A stretch of DNA of 45,435 nt from Octopus bimaculoides (lineage: Eukaryota): NCBI RefSeq assembly GCF_001194135.2, contig NC_068982.1, forward strand, positions 169,371,123 through 169,416,557, given 5' to 3'. This document shows, piece by piece, positions 25,063-36,512 of this stretch. Under the pieces are notes generated by a model. It had not been told where the DNA came from. It saw only the letters and a list, made by a program, of their open reading frames with translations, and searched no databases. The position numbers and the translations under genes are program-made. The first letter of the stretch is position 1; each line of letters starts with the position of its first letter.

Positions 25063-25340
25063 ATCATCATCATCATCATCATTTAACGTCTGCTTTCCAT
25101 GCTGGCATGGGTTGGATGGTTTGACTGAGCAGTGGGAAAGCCAGTAGGATGCACCAGACTCCAATCTGATCTGGCAAGGTTTCTACAGCTGGATGCCCTT
25201 CCTAATGCCAACCACTCTGAGAGTGTAGTGGGTGCTTTTTATGTGCCAACAGCATGGGAACCAGTCAGGGGGCACTGGCACTGACCACGTTCAGATGGTG
25301 CTTTTTATGTACCACCGGCACAGGAACCATATCATGTTCA
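25063..25340 (-). mobile_element. RTE 3' end
   Basis: (cat)n tail plus ctacagctggatgcccttcctaatgccaaccac. Confidence 0.8.
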
Positions 25341-25789
25341 CATGGGTGCTTTTTAAGTGTAAATAATTTCTCTGTCAGGAACATGCCTGATTGGAGATAC
25401 TGTAAATATTTACTTGTCACACACCTAGTGAGTTAATGAAGCCAATGAAGGAATCACTACATGGTTGACTTGCTATAAATAGTAGCTAAATTTCCATCAA
25501 ATTACATCTTCCTATCTTCAAGACTACAATGGAAAGAGTAGTCCTAGTGGCTATGGTTAGAAAACGTTTGATCACAGGTCTGTTCAAGCATGGCAGATTT
25601 GAGGCTAAACAATAAGTCAGTCAGTTTTTTTATAAGAGGTGTACATTATCAGGATCAACTCCATCAGGGATCAGACTTTGTGACTTAAGAAAGATAAGGA
25701 AGTGAAGGTTGTCACCCTCCTCTCTTTCCCAAATAATTACAACTGAAAACTGAAACCGGTTTGCAGGTTTAGTCGACTATCTATACTAT

Positions 25790-26030
25790 CATGCTTCTAT
25801 CTACACTGTGTTACAATTTATGCTATGCTTATGCTACTGCCAAGCTATCTATGTTGTTATTTACACTATTAATTATTCTATGTTGCTTTCTATGCTACTA
25901 AACTACTATTTGTGATATGCTGAGCTCTAAGTTACTATCTATATTATGCTTATGCTGAACTATGGCATATGCCACTATCTATGCGAGTATACCCTACAAT
26001 CTATGCTATTGCTTTCCTATATAGATATAT
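25790..26030. repeat. Cryptic CTATG/TATGC-rich low-complexity tract
   Basis: Repeated ctatgct/ttatgct words. Confidence 0.6.
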
Positions 26031-26247
26031 ATCAATGTTTTTCTTGGTGGTGACAGTTGCAGAACGTCCTGATTTTGGGTCATCTTCAAGACTCTCCCTT
26101 CCTCTCCTAAATTCAGTGACCTACTTTTGCACTGTTGATAAAGCTAGAGCATCATCCCCTAATCATGCCAGAATGAATGTCGCTGGGAGCTAAATCCTTT
26201 TTCTGCGGGTACTTGATAACACTATGATGATGCTAAATTTTGTCCAT
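26030..26247 (-). mobile_element. Mariner transposase N-terminal (HTH) relic
   Basis: MDKI*HHSVIKYPQKKDLAPSDIH.../GDDALALSTVQK*VTEFRRGRESLEDDPKSGRSATVTT. The SLEDDP-SGR motif is typical of mariner. Confidence 0.8.
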
Positions 26248-26488
26248 TTTCAAGAGGTCATTACTAGTTACTTTTGAAGTCTTCTTTGAACAGTCAGAAA
26301 CAATGTGATTATTAATAAGAAAGAGTTGAAATTAATGTATGCAAAATTTTACAGCTGTAGCATCACTCCTTCATAGTTATCCTACAAACTTTTCAGCCTC
26401 ACCTTGTAAGAAAAAAAATTCAAACTTTAAAAAAATTGTAAAAATAGTAAGAGGAAAGGAAAGGAAGTAAATAAAAAGAATATCTTAC

Positions 26489-26636
26489 CTTTGGCCAGCA
26501 TCGAGTATAGAGACCTTGAGATATTGACTCTTCCACTTCGGCAATATTTTTCTGGTCAGAACCTCCTTGTCGCCACGTTTTAAATGGACCTCCAAGTAAA
26601 CCATGAACAAACACAACATCTGCATATATGGGTTCC
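26489..26636 (-). CDS. SERAC1: SERAC1 exon K (148 nt)
   Basis: ttttacag|G GAA...CCA AAG|gtaaga; encodes EPIYADVVFVHGLLGGPFKTWRQ...LYTRCWPK. Confidence 0.95.
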
Positions 26637-28235
26637 CTGTAAAATAATAAAATATTATGATCGAAATTTAGTTACATCACTACCTCCACTACTATTCTCA
26701 TTTTACATCTGTTTTCCATGCTGGCATGGATTGGAGAGGTCATCACAGTTTGGGTCAGATCTTGTTTAGGGGTTAATGCCCAGCTAGACATGGCCAAGGA
26801 ACCACGCCTTTCTCATTCATTTTCACTTGGCATGGTGTCTATAGGTAGATGCCCTTCCTAACACCAACTACTTTACAGAGTGTACTAAGTGCATTTCTTT
26901 GTGGCACTCATACAAGAGAGAGACTGTCATGACCCTGGCAAAACAAAACTAAGGGGCCTTTTGAGCCTATGATGTTCCCAACCATTCAACCACCATTTTA
27001 CAAAATGCACTTGATGCAATTTATCATAAAATCAGGACTTGTGAGGTTACCTTGATCCAGGACCCTCACTGTACTATTTTGTCTTTATTTGTTTAAAGTA
27101 ACATGACCGTTAGAGTGGTAAAAGAGGGGACCATTGCTGAGGATTGATTAAGGTGAGAGAGAAGGGCAGGCATTGGTGGAAAATAGAAAAATGGGAAAGC
27201 TATAGTACAGAAGGAGAAATAGTAGTGACATAGAGGAAATGACAGCTAAACATTTTGTAGGTAAAGAAAAGTATGAAGTAGCAGAAAATTGAGAACAAAC
27301 GATAGACATCAAACAGAAAATTTAATATACTGTTGTTATAGATGATGTCCTGAATCTGCAGAACAGACTCGGCCTTCCTGACAATGTGTTTGACGAGTGA
27401 GAATGTTTGTCTCTTGGAAGGAATGGCATTTCCTCCCCCTCCCACCACCATCACAGAGGCCTCTAACTCTTTCTGGACAATACACATGAAGAACTTGGCC
27501 ACATTCAAGTCAAGAACTAATGATCTCTGAATTACTCTAGTGGTATTTGGCAGCTACAGCCACAAGCATGGCGTATCTTTTTGTTCCCTGATTTAGATTG
27601 GAATATACTATGTTAATAATGTTGAGATGTTTCGAAGAGAAACGAAAAAGTTAAAATTTAGTGCATGCTACTTGAGATCATGTTAAGGTCATCTTCTATT
27701 TATGACCCACTAAAGATGTGTTCACAAATATATGATGCACTATGTATGTACGTGTGTGTGTTTATTTAATTCCAATCCATGCTAGTATGGGTTGAAAGGC
27801 TTAATACATTTAATGGGTAAATGGACATTATCTCCAATGTCTCACTTATGTTATGCCTTCTATTGCTAGATGCCCTTACTAATGTCATTTACTTTACTGA
27901 ATGTACTGTGTATTTTTTTTGAGTGATACCTAAACTAGTTACCTTGTAACTCACAAGACTAAAAAGCACTCACAACAGAGAGGAAGAATAGCAGAACAGG
28001 TAGTGACTTTAGGCGCAATGATGAGATGTATGATAGAAGGAACAGAAGGATAAAACTTACAGTAACAATGATAACAATATTAAGGAAGGGAGTAATAGAA
28101 GGGAAAAAAGAAATGTCAAGGATTAGTGAGAGTGAACCAGAGAATGATAAGGAAAACAGTGGGTAGGTTGAACAGGAGGAGATTCAGAGTTACCCTGTTT
28201 TATATATATATATGGGTAGGGTGGATGGAAGTACA

Positions 28236-28370
28236 TGAGATGAAGTGGTGAAAACTGATCTCAGGATGTTGAGTTTCACGGAGGAGATGACAAAGGATAA
28301 AGATGACTGGAGACATGTAATGCTCAAGAAGACCTGCTCACCTTTGCAAAACATGGTAAAACTGGTGGTG
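28236..28370 (+). mobile_element. RTE ORF C-terminal relic
   Basis: gatgaagtggtgaaaactgatctcaggatgttgag...gagatgacaaagg is homologous to 6120-6190 in the opposite orientation. Confidence 0.6.
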
Positions 28371-28587
28371 CAGATGGACGCTGAAGCATAATGTACATGC
28401 GCACATATCTGTGTCCCTTGCTCAAAATGTCCCTGTCAAGTATACATCCGCTTCCCCTACCATCACCCCCAACCATTTGTCTCTCCATTAATATCATCAA
28501 AATGAAATAAACACTTAATTTTTTTTTTTTGAGGTGGGTAAAGTGAAATCACTGAGGGTGAAAGGAAAATAAAATATTGCTACTTAC

Positions 28588-28738
28588 TTGGATCTGTATA
28601 TAGGATGGAGGACATAAATACCATCATGGTACATGGCTGAGGCACTGTCAATGTCCATGTTGGCTAAGGCACGTGCTGTGTTGAGGCAAACATCTATATC
28701 CACAGATTTCAACCATTTCACAAGGATACTCACCCACC
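28588..28738 (-). CDS. SERAC1: SERAC1 exon J (151 nt)
   Basis: ttattgcag|GG TGG...TCC AA|gtaagt; encodes GWVSILVKWLKSVDIDVCLNTARALANMDIDSASAMYHDGIYVLHPIYRS. This exon is absent from the ORF track. Confidence 0.93.
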
Positions 28739-28810
28739 CTGCAATAAATATACAAATATCAGTATATAAATGTGTGTTTATATATATATATATTATAATC
28801 TTTTCAAAGG

Positions 28811-29030
28811 TGGTGAGCTGGCAGAATCGTTAGCGCACTGGACAAAATGCTTAGCAGTATTTTGCCCATCACTATGTTCTGAGTTCAAATTCCGCTGAGG
28901 TTGACCTTGCCTTTCATCCTTTTGGGGTTGATAAATTAAGTACTATTTACGCACTAGGGTTGATATAATCGATTAGTCTCCTTCCTCCAAATTTCAGGCC
29001 TTGTGCCTATAGTAGAAAGGATTATAATCT
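28811..29030 (+). mobile_element. SINE family B, full length
   Basis: tggtgagctggcagaatcgttagc...ggccttgtgcctatagtagaaagg. Confidence 0.8.
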
Positions 29031-29099
29031 TTTCAATCCAAGCCAGCATGGAGAGCAGACATTAAACGACAACGATGATGACGATGATAACAATGAATC

Positions 29100-29482
29100 T
29101 TTTACTCTTTTACTTGTTTCAGTCATTTGACTGCAGCCATGCTGGAGCACTGCCTTGAAGGGTTTCTGTTGAACACACTGACCCCAGTACTTTGTTTTTT
29201 AAAGCTTAGTACTTATTCTAAGTTATGAGGATGTAAACATGCCATCACTGGTTGTCAAGTGGTGGTGATGGCACAAATACAGACACAAAGACAAACATAT
29301 ATATATACACACACACACACACAACAGGCTTCTTTCAGTTTCTGTCAACCAAATCCACTCACAAGGCTCTGTTTGGCCTGAGGCTATAGTGGAAGACACT
29401 TGCCCATGGTGCCACACAGTAGGACTGAACCCGGAACCATGTGGTTGGTAAGCAAGCTACTTACCACACAGCCACTCCTGCA
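29100..29482 (-). mobile_element. SINE family A
   Basis: Reverse complement of 24217-24726, with internal deletions. Confidence 0.8.
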
Positions 29483-29488
29483 CCTAAT

Positions 29489-29523
<35 letters not shown>

Positions 29524-29842
29524 TCTTGGATGGTATTTATATACATTTAATATTTTATATTGGTACAGCTTGATACAACCCCAAAAAACTGGTTCACCAG
29601 TTAGCATCATTAGACCGTGGCTGGCAGAAAGGAATAGGAACTTCATTTGTATATTCAAAACGCTTCCTGAAAACAAATTTAAAAGACACACACACACACA
29701 TACATATATGGTTGAATGCATGGGTAGGAAAAACACGGAGGCAGAGAGGAAAGAAGAGGCAAATAGAGAAAGCGTGTAAATTTAAGAGGGTAACATAAGG
29801 GAGAAGGACAAAGAAGAGAATGAATGCAACAATGGAATTTAC

Positions 29843-30005
29843 CACTTTGGACAATATGTTCATGGGTTTCTGGCAGTAAGGCAAGGTTACCAAGGATACG
29901 GGCACAGAGTTGCTGCAGATGGACGTTGTCCGGGTAACTCAACAGAGATCTTCGTAAAAGAGCCAGTCCACCTTTGTGTACTATTTCCACTGTATTATTT
30001 CCAAT
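29843..30005 (-). CDS. SERAC1: SERAC1 exon I (163 nt, ARM-like region)
   Basis: cattactag|ATT...AGT G|gtaaat; encodes IGNNTVEIVHKGGLALLRRSLLSYPDNVHLQQLCARILGNLALLPETHEHIVQS. Confidence 0.92.
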
Positions 30006-30067
30006 CTAGTAATGAAGGGAGAGAACGTGAAAAGTAATAACAACAACAACAACAACAATAATAATAA

Positions 30068-30515
30068 TTGACATGAGTATTCCTTGCAATCACAATATAG
30101 TGGCAAAAGAATTTGACAAGATCAGTAAATATAAAGACTTGCTAATAGAAATTGAAAAAATGTGGCACCTCAAGGCGACTACTGTACCAGTGATTGTAGG
30201 ATCTCTAGCAATGATAAAAAAAGGTACTGAAACCTATTTGAAAATGATACCAGGCTTACCATCCCTACAGGAAGTGCAAAAAATCGTGTTAACTGGAATG
30301 ACTCATGTACTGAGAAGAGCATTATCACTGGGAAAACAACATCCATTCATGAATTTATTTATTTATAAATTTTTTTGTACATACATATTTCACCTGTGAA
30401 TTTACGTGTGTAAACTAGGAATGCTTACAATGAGTTTCTCTGCCCTAGGTGTATGGAAAACACTCGGCGAGAAATGGAAGAAAATTTGAAGAAAGAAGGA
30501 AAAAAAAATAATAAT
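30068..30515 (+). mobile_element. R4/Dong-like non-LTR retrotransposon 3' fragment 1
   Basis: ORF 30073-30399 includes KEFDKISKYKDLLIEIEKMWHLKATTVPVIVGSL, the C-terminus of the restriction-like endonuclease. It is flanked by (AAC/AAT)n. Confidence 0.75.
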
Positions 30516-30526
30516 GATGACAACAA

Positions 30527-31062
30527 TGGTACGACCATAAACGACAGAGCAAAAAATTGGTACGACCATAAACCCGAAGGCATCATCCAAAATGATAATG
30601 CAAAGATCCTGTGGGATTTTATGATTCAGTGCGACCATGAGATAGAGAACAGGATGCCAGACATAGTCTTAATTGAGAAAGAAAGCAAACTATGCTGGAT
30701 CATAGATATAGCATACCCAGCTGACAACAAAGTATGCGATAAGGAAGAAAGAAAAGTCAATAGACATGACAGGTTAGCTTGGGTGGTTAAGCAGTTGTGA
30801 TCGCCGAAAAAGGTGGTAGAAGTACCAATAATTGTTGGAGCCTTGGGAACCGTGAGTAAAATTCTTGAGAAGTACATGGAACAAATAGGGGCTGCAATAA
30901 GGGTGGAGCACTTGCAGAAAACAGCACTGCTTTGAACCGCTTGAATACTCCGGTAGGTGCTCAAAAAATAAGGGGGTTACCTTAGTTCAAGGTAGTGAAC
31001 AGCTGACACCGTAGTACATCTCCAGCGTTAGAAGCTGTGCAAAGGCAACAATAATAATAATA
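30527..31062 (+). mobile_element. R4/Dong-like non-LTR retrotransposon 3' fragment 2
   Basis: WYDHKPEGIIQNDNAKILWDFMIQCDHEIENRMPDIVLIEK...IIDIA carries the PD..D restriction-like endonuclease motif. It ends in an (AAT)n tail. Confidence 0.8.
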
Positions 31063-31515
31063 ATTGTTTCAAATTTTGGCACAAGACCAGCTATTTTAAG
31101 GAGATAGGGGTTAGTCAATTACATCACCCACCAATGCTCAATTGGTACTAATTTTATTGACCCTTAAAGGTTGAAAGTCAAAGTTGACCTCAGTGGCATT
31201 TGAACTAAGAATATAAATAACTGCAAGAAATGCCACTAAGCCTTTTGCCCAGTGCAGTAACAATTATGCTGGTTCACAGCCTTTTTTTAATAATAATAAT
31301 AATTATGGTTTCAAATTTTGGCACAGGGCCAGCAATTTTGGGGGAGGAGATAAGTCGATTGCATCAACCCCAAGGCTCAACTGGTACTTGTTTTAACAAC
31401 CCCAAAAAGATGAAAGACAAAGTCAACCTCGACAGTATTTGAACTCAGAATGTGCAGACAGACGAAATACTGCTAAGCATTTTGCCTGGCATGCTAACGG
31501 TTCTGTCAGCTCACT
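31060..31515 (-). mobile_element. Two tandem SINE family B copies separated by (AAT)n
   Basis: Family B reverse complements at about 31060-31270 and 31306-31515. Confidence 0.7.
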
Positions 31516-31623
31516 ACTTTTTTTTAATAATAATAATAATCCTTTCTACTATAACAGACACGTGTACCTTTAATGTAGTTCTCAGGGAGATTCAGCATGA
31601 CACAGAATGTGACAAAGAGGTAC

Positions 31624-31713
31624 TTTGAAATAGAGGTACTATACATTTTGAAATAGAGGTACTATACATTTGAAATAGAGGTACTATACATTTGAAATAG
31701 AGGTACTATACAT
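31624..31713. repeat. 23-24 bp minisatellite x4 inside a SINE D remnant
   Basis: tttgaaatagaggtactatacat repeated four times. Confidence 0.9.
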
Positions 31714-32667
31714 TTTTGCCAGCTTAATGAACTAGAGCATCATGAAATAAAGTGTTTTGCTCAAGGACACAACAAGTCACAGGAATGACCTTATAATGAT
31801 GACCTTATGAACATGAGCTATATATCCTAACCCCTAAGCTACACTACACACCTTCACATTTTTTTTGTAATAACAGTTGTCATCATATTACAGCAATTTC
31901 AGCCACACTGAAGGGAGAGGCGAAGTGCAAGAGAGAATAAATGGTGAGAGAAAAGTGGGAGAGAGATTGCCGATGCTTTGCTTTGTTGTGATTACAATGT
32001 TCTTATGTTCTTCATCACCATCAGCATCATTACTGTCATTCATTCTACATCATACAAATACCAATCCAACTTGCACACATACATAATCGTTGTTGTGGAC
32101 ATCATCATCATTTAATGACCCTCTTCCATGTTGGGACGATGTATGTGTACTGGTTTCTACTGCATAACTAACCACAGTAAATAGAATCCTGATCCAATGC
32201 CAAGTTCTCCTCTTCTCCATCCAAAGAACAGTGTTTTTTACTACTGGTAATGTTCAATTAAGCACTGCAATCTCATGAAGCACTGCTCAGTTTTAAATAT
32301 ACATACAAAATCACCATCATTTTAACATTCCCTTTCCCACGCTATTATGGACTGGACTGCATTTGCTGTGGCAAACTTCCTCTGGCTGGATGTCCTTTTT
32401 GTTCCAGCCCATGTCTGTTTCCAAATAAGGTAATTATATATATATATAGGCACAGATGTAATGTAGTTGACAAGTTTGCATTGTTAGTGCTTTCAAATCG
32501 CCATGCCATACACACGTGTATGTTTGTGTGTTGTACATACATTGGTGTCAAGGTGTGTATAACAAAATCTGATCAATTATCATCATCATCATCGTTTAAC
32601 GTCTGCTTTCCATGCTAGCATGGGTTGTGTGAAATAGATGAAGACCAGGCAACAATTGTTTACTTAC

Positions 32668-32787
32668 CACTGACTGTCTCAATATGGCCTCCAGAAGACT
32701 TTCTAAGATGCTCAACTCTGAGTTAGCAGCATTATCTTTATTGATATCTTCAACACTGTCAGCATTTTCTAGATTCCAGAACAATCT
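32668..32787 (-). CDS. SERAC1: SERAC1 exon H (120 nt, phase 0-0)
   Basis: ttttcacag|AGA...TCA GTG|gtaagt; encodes RLFWNLENADSVEDINKDNAANSELSILESLLEAILRQSV. Confidence 0.85.
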
Positions 32788-34190
32788 CTGTGAAAATAGA
32801 TAATTAAAATAACTAAATGCCAGTATGAACATGCACACACATACACACACAAACAAATCTGCATGTGCACACCACAAATCTCTAAACAGTCAAATGAGAC
32901 AGTTAACATCTTTTACACCATTCCTTTTCACAGTCCTACTTCAAAAGTCAAAGGTGGTTCTCTTTGCAAGTGAAGAGTAGATTGTATGATACCTGTGTAT
33001 GAAGTGTAATGCTACATAGTAGCAAAACATATGCACTAAATGCAGAAGGTACACAAAGAAAGAAACGAAGCAAGTATGGTCTGCTGGATGCATGAACAAC
33101 AGAGCAAAAATGAGTGTATCAGAAATAGTAGAATGAAACTACTGAGATGAAAACTGGCTAACTGATGTTGCTACTGTTATTTTAAATTCATATTTTAATC
33201 TTTTGATCTAAATATTTCACCAGAGATAAGAAAGATAGTGGTAGGGTCTGGAGTGAGATGAAGTTATAATGAGAAGGAGATGAAACTTAGAAAGAGAAAA
33301 GATGAAGGTAAGTAGGAAGCAGGAAGTTTTTCAAGAGATGATGATTTTAAATGCAATATTAACATTTAAATCAGTAATAAAGTGAACTAATAAATGAAAG
33401 GGGATAGACCTTCGCTCCCATTTTAGGGAAGACATGGATGGTTGTGGGACTACATGTGCATATTCTATACTTATGCCTCTCTACAGGCTGGGGTTTACCT
33501 TGCTTTATATCACACTAGGCTCAACAATGTAAATACCAGTTATGTACTGTTATCAATTTCATTGGTTATTCTCAAACACTACAAGTTTGCAAGCAAGTGA
33601 AGATTGTTTTTCTGGCTCAATAAGTAAATGGAACTGTATGACTGGTGGTACATAAAAAGCATCCAGTTCACTCTGTAAAGTGGTTGGCATTAGGAAGGGC
33701 ATCCAGCTGTAAAAACCATGCCAAAGCAGACAGTCCCCAGTCAAACTACCATGATCACTGCTATCATCTTCACCACTGATGCAACTGTTATACTCGTACT
33801 AAAAACACTAATACCTAACTACTACTACTACAACGACTACTACAATTACTGATATTAAGAACTACCATAGTACTACAATCATTATACAATATCACTATAA
33901 CAACTACTATCACTAACCATTACAACACTACAACACCCAATACTACAATGCTACTACCACTATTGCAATATAGATACTGAATGTACTAACAGCAACCACC
34001 TCTGTATCACTGAAAGCAATCTCTCCTGGAAATGAGAAGATATTTATATGAAGAAAATAAAAAAAATAAACAAATAGTAGGTGTGACTGTATGTTAAGAA
34101 GCTTGCTTTCCATTGCATGGCACCTTGAGCAAGTGTCTTCTATTATAGCCTTGGGTTGACCAAAGCCTTGTGAATGGAAACTGAAAGGCA

Positions 34191-34540
34191 CAGGAGTGGC
34201 TGTGCGGTAAGTAACTTGCTTACCAACCACATGGTTCTGGGTTCAGTCCCACTGCGTGGCACCGTGGGCAAGTGTCTGCTACTATAGCCTCGGGCCGACC
34301 AAAGCCGTGTGAGTGGATTTGGTAGATGGAAACTGAAAGAAGCCCGTCGCATACATATATGTGTTTGTCTCTCCAACATCGCTTGGCATCCAATGCTCGT
34401 GTGTTTATGTCCCCATTTGGCAAAAGAGACCGATAGAATAGTACTAGACTTACAAAGAATAAGTCTTGGGGTCAATTTGTTCAACTAAAGGCGGTGCTCC
34501 AGCATGGCCTCAGTCAAATGACTGAAACGAATAAAAGAAT
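34191..34540 (+). mobile_element. SINE family A (further partial copies at ~34075-34190 and ~34545-34760)
   Basis: Same head and tail as 24217-24726. Confidence 0.8.
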
Positions 34541-34813
34541 ATACATGAAGCTTGTGTCTGTGTTTGCACCCCTCCATCATTGCTTGACAACTGGTGTTGA
34601 TGTGTTTAAGTTCTCCATAACTTAGCAGTTCGGCAAAGAGATCCAATAGAATAAGGACTAGGATTAAATATAAATCTTGGGGTCAAATTGTTTGACAAAA
34701 ACACTTCAAGGTGGTGCTCCAGCATGGCTGCAGTTAAATGACTGAAACAAATAAAAAAACAAAAAACAAGAGAATAGAGAATAAACAACAGAGAAAATTT
34801 TTCAAAAACTCAC

Positions 34814-34930
34814 CCCTAAATCTCTAGATTCCTTTTTTTGAAGACCTGCAGAAGTGAAGTATCCAACACATGGATCTTCTGTCACAGGAAGACTTGATAG
34901 CAATTCTCGTAATTCTGTTAAAAGTTCCCG
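34814..34930 (-). CDS. SERAC1: SERAC1 exon G (117 nt, phase 0-0)
   Basis: catatttcag|CGG...TTA GGG|gtgagt; encodes RELLTELRELLSSLPVTEDPCVGYFTSAGLQKKESRDLG, similar to the recalled ELRQLLASLP...C..YFTS. Confidence 0.9.
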
Positions 34931-35091
34931 CTGAAATATGAAATAATATTCATATATTTCAGTATTCTTTTCTAATTAATTGTTGTTGTTTAGACTTTGG
35001 TCTGTGGTGCTCAGTAAGCTGTCCCGTAGGAATTTCCAGTTGCCCTCTACATCTGAAGTCTGTAGCTCCTCCTCCCTGGTTGAGCAGATCA

Positions 35092-35235
35092 TCATAATCA
35101 TTTAACATCTGCTTTCCATGCTGGCATGGGTTAGACGGTTTGACTGAAACTGGTAAGCTGGGGAGCTGCACCAGGTTCCAATCTGATTTGGCATGGTTTC
35201 TACAGCTGGATGCTCTTCCTAATGCCAACCAACAT
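35092..35235 (-). mobile_element. RTE 3' end
   Basis: catttaacatctgctttccatgctggcatgggttag... Confidence 0.75.
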
Positions 35236-35511
35236 TATGTCTAGGACCATATTGTTTAATCCCTTTGATATCAATCTACCTGGGACTGACTGGAGTTCTA
35301 GGACACAAATTTCCTGTTTTAAAGTGATCTAAAGTAAAACCTTTCATCAAAATTTCATGTTCATTCACTCCAAACACCAGTGTAATAATGACAAAGTTAT
35401 TTTAATAAAAGGTAACATTTTTTGCCACTATAAAGAACTGTGTTACTACATTTTAACCCCAGGAAAATGTCTAGTTTCTGTCTAGTACTAGTTTTTATTT
35501 TTCCACAGTAT

Positions 35512-35733
35512 TTAATCCTTTAGTATTCAGATTACTTTGTCAAAAGTGATGTTTATTTATTCACATTTTCAAAATTTAATCATGTATTATCTTGTAGCTT
35601 CAACATTTTGAGGATGTCATTGTTTGTTTTTAGATTAACATTGTAGGGTAGGTGTGAGAACTTAGCTAGCTTCAACATAAAACAAGCAGAATATTTCTGC
35701 CGGTTATAGCCAGTTTAAATGCTACATGGTTAA
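35512..35733. mobile_element. piggyBac-like MITE (inverted relative to the copy at 40300-40524)
   Basis: ttaatcctttagtattcag ... aaatgctacatggttaa ends; the body is the reverse complement of 40300-40524. Confidence 0.65.
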
Positions 35734-35773
35734 ATACTGAAAAGAGTCAAATACACCCTATCATCTAATAGGG

Positions 35774-36102
35774 TGTAGTAACGCCGTGCGCATGCGTAGT
35801 CTCACGCATGCGTGGAATTCAACATACTAAGCTTTCCCGCTTTGATCTGTCTCTTTCTTGCTGGCCAGCGATTGAGCACGGACGTGTTTAGCTGTCTCTC
35901 TCCATCTTTCGAACTTACGCTAGACAGCTCGCTCACATATACATACCAACGTCCCAACAACCATGCTCACACACACAGAAGCTGTAACAACAAGAGCTAA
36001 AGATGTATATATTTACCACCTGAATAAATGTTGTTTAAGTTGATAGTCTGGAGTTCAGCGTTCCGTTAATTCTTAATTTTATATAGGAAAGTCAGGTATA
36101 CA
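35774..36102 (+). mobile_element. Probable solo LTR
   Basis: TGTA...TACA termini, CpG-rich relative to the flanks, and AATAAA at 36023-36028. No clean 4-6 bp TSD abuts the ends. Confidence 0.45.
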
Positions 36103-36462
36103 TCTAATGATGTATAACCCACTTTCCTATAAGGGTATCAAAGATAAATATGATAAAACAAGGCTCAAAGAAACTACTGTTGGTCTGTATTGGCAAGACC
36201 TGTATTATTGAGAAAAACAAAGAAAAAGATCACAGTGACCTTGCCAGGGGGAACTGGAAGAATCCAATGTTTCAGACAGACGTCTCTCTTTTATTTCACT
36301 TCAGTCACCTTTGACTTGAAGAAGATTTTGGTCAGAATCTTGAATACCACTCCCCATGGCAAGTTCATTGTATGCTTTTTGTTAATTTTAGTAAAGATAA
36401 ATGATTAGTGCTGTGTCTATTCTTGAAGCTGTAAGCTTGTTTGATAAGAGAAATGATAGAAA

Positions 36463-36512
36463 TTACACAAGAGGAATGGCTCATTTCATAATGAGCCATT
36501 CCTCTTGTGTAA
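36463..36512. repeat. Perfect 23-bp inverted repeat with a 4-nt loop
   Basis: ttacacaagaggaatggctcatt-tcat-aatgagccattcctcttgtgtaa. Confidence 0.95.

Noticed and set aside
27340-27540. Possible second Tx1-like fragment
   Set aside because: The resemblance is too weak to call by eye.
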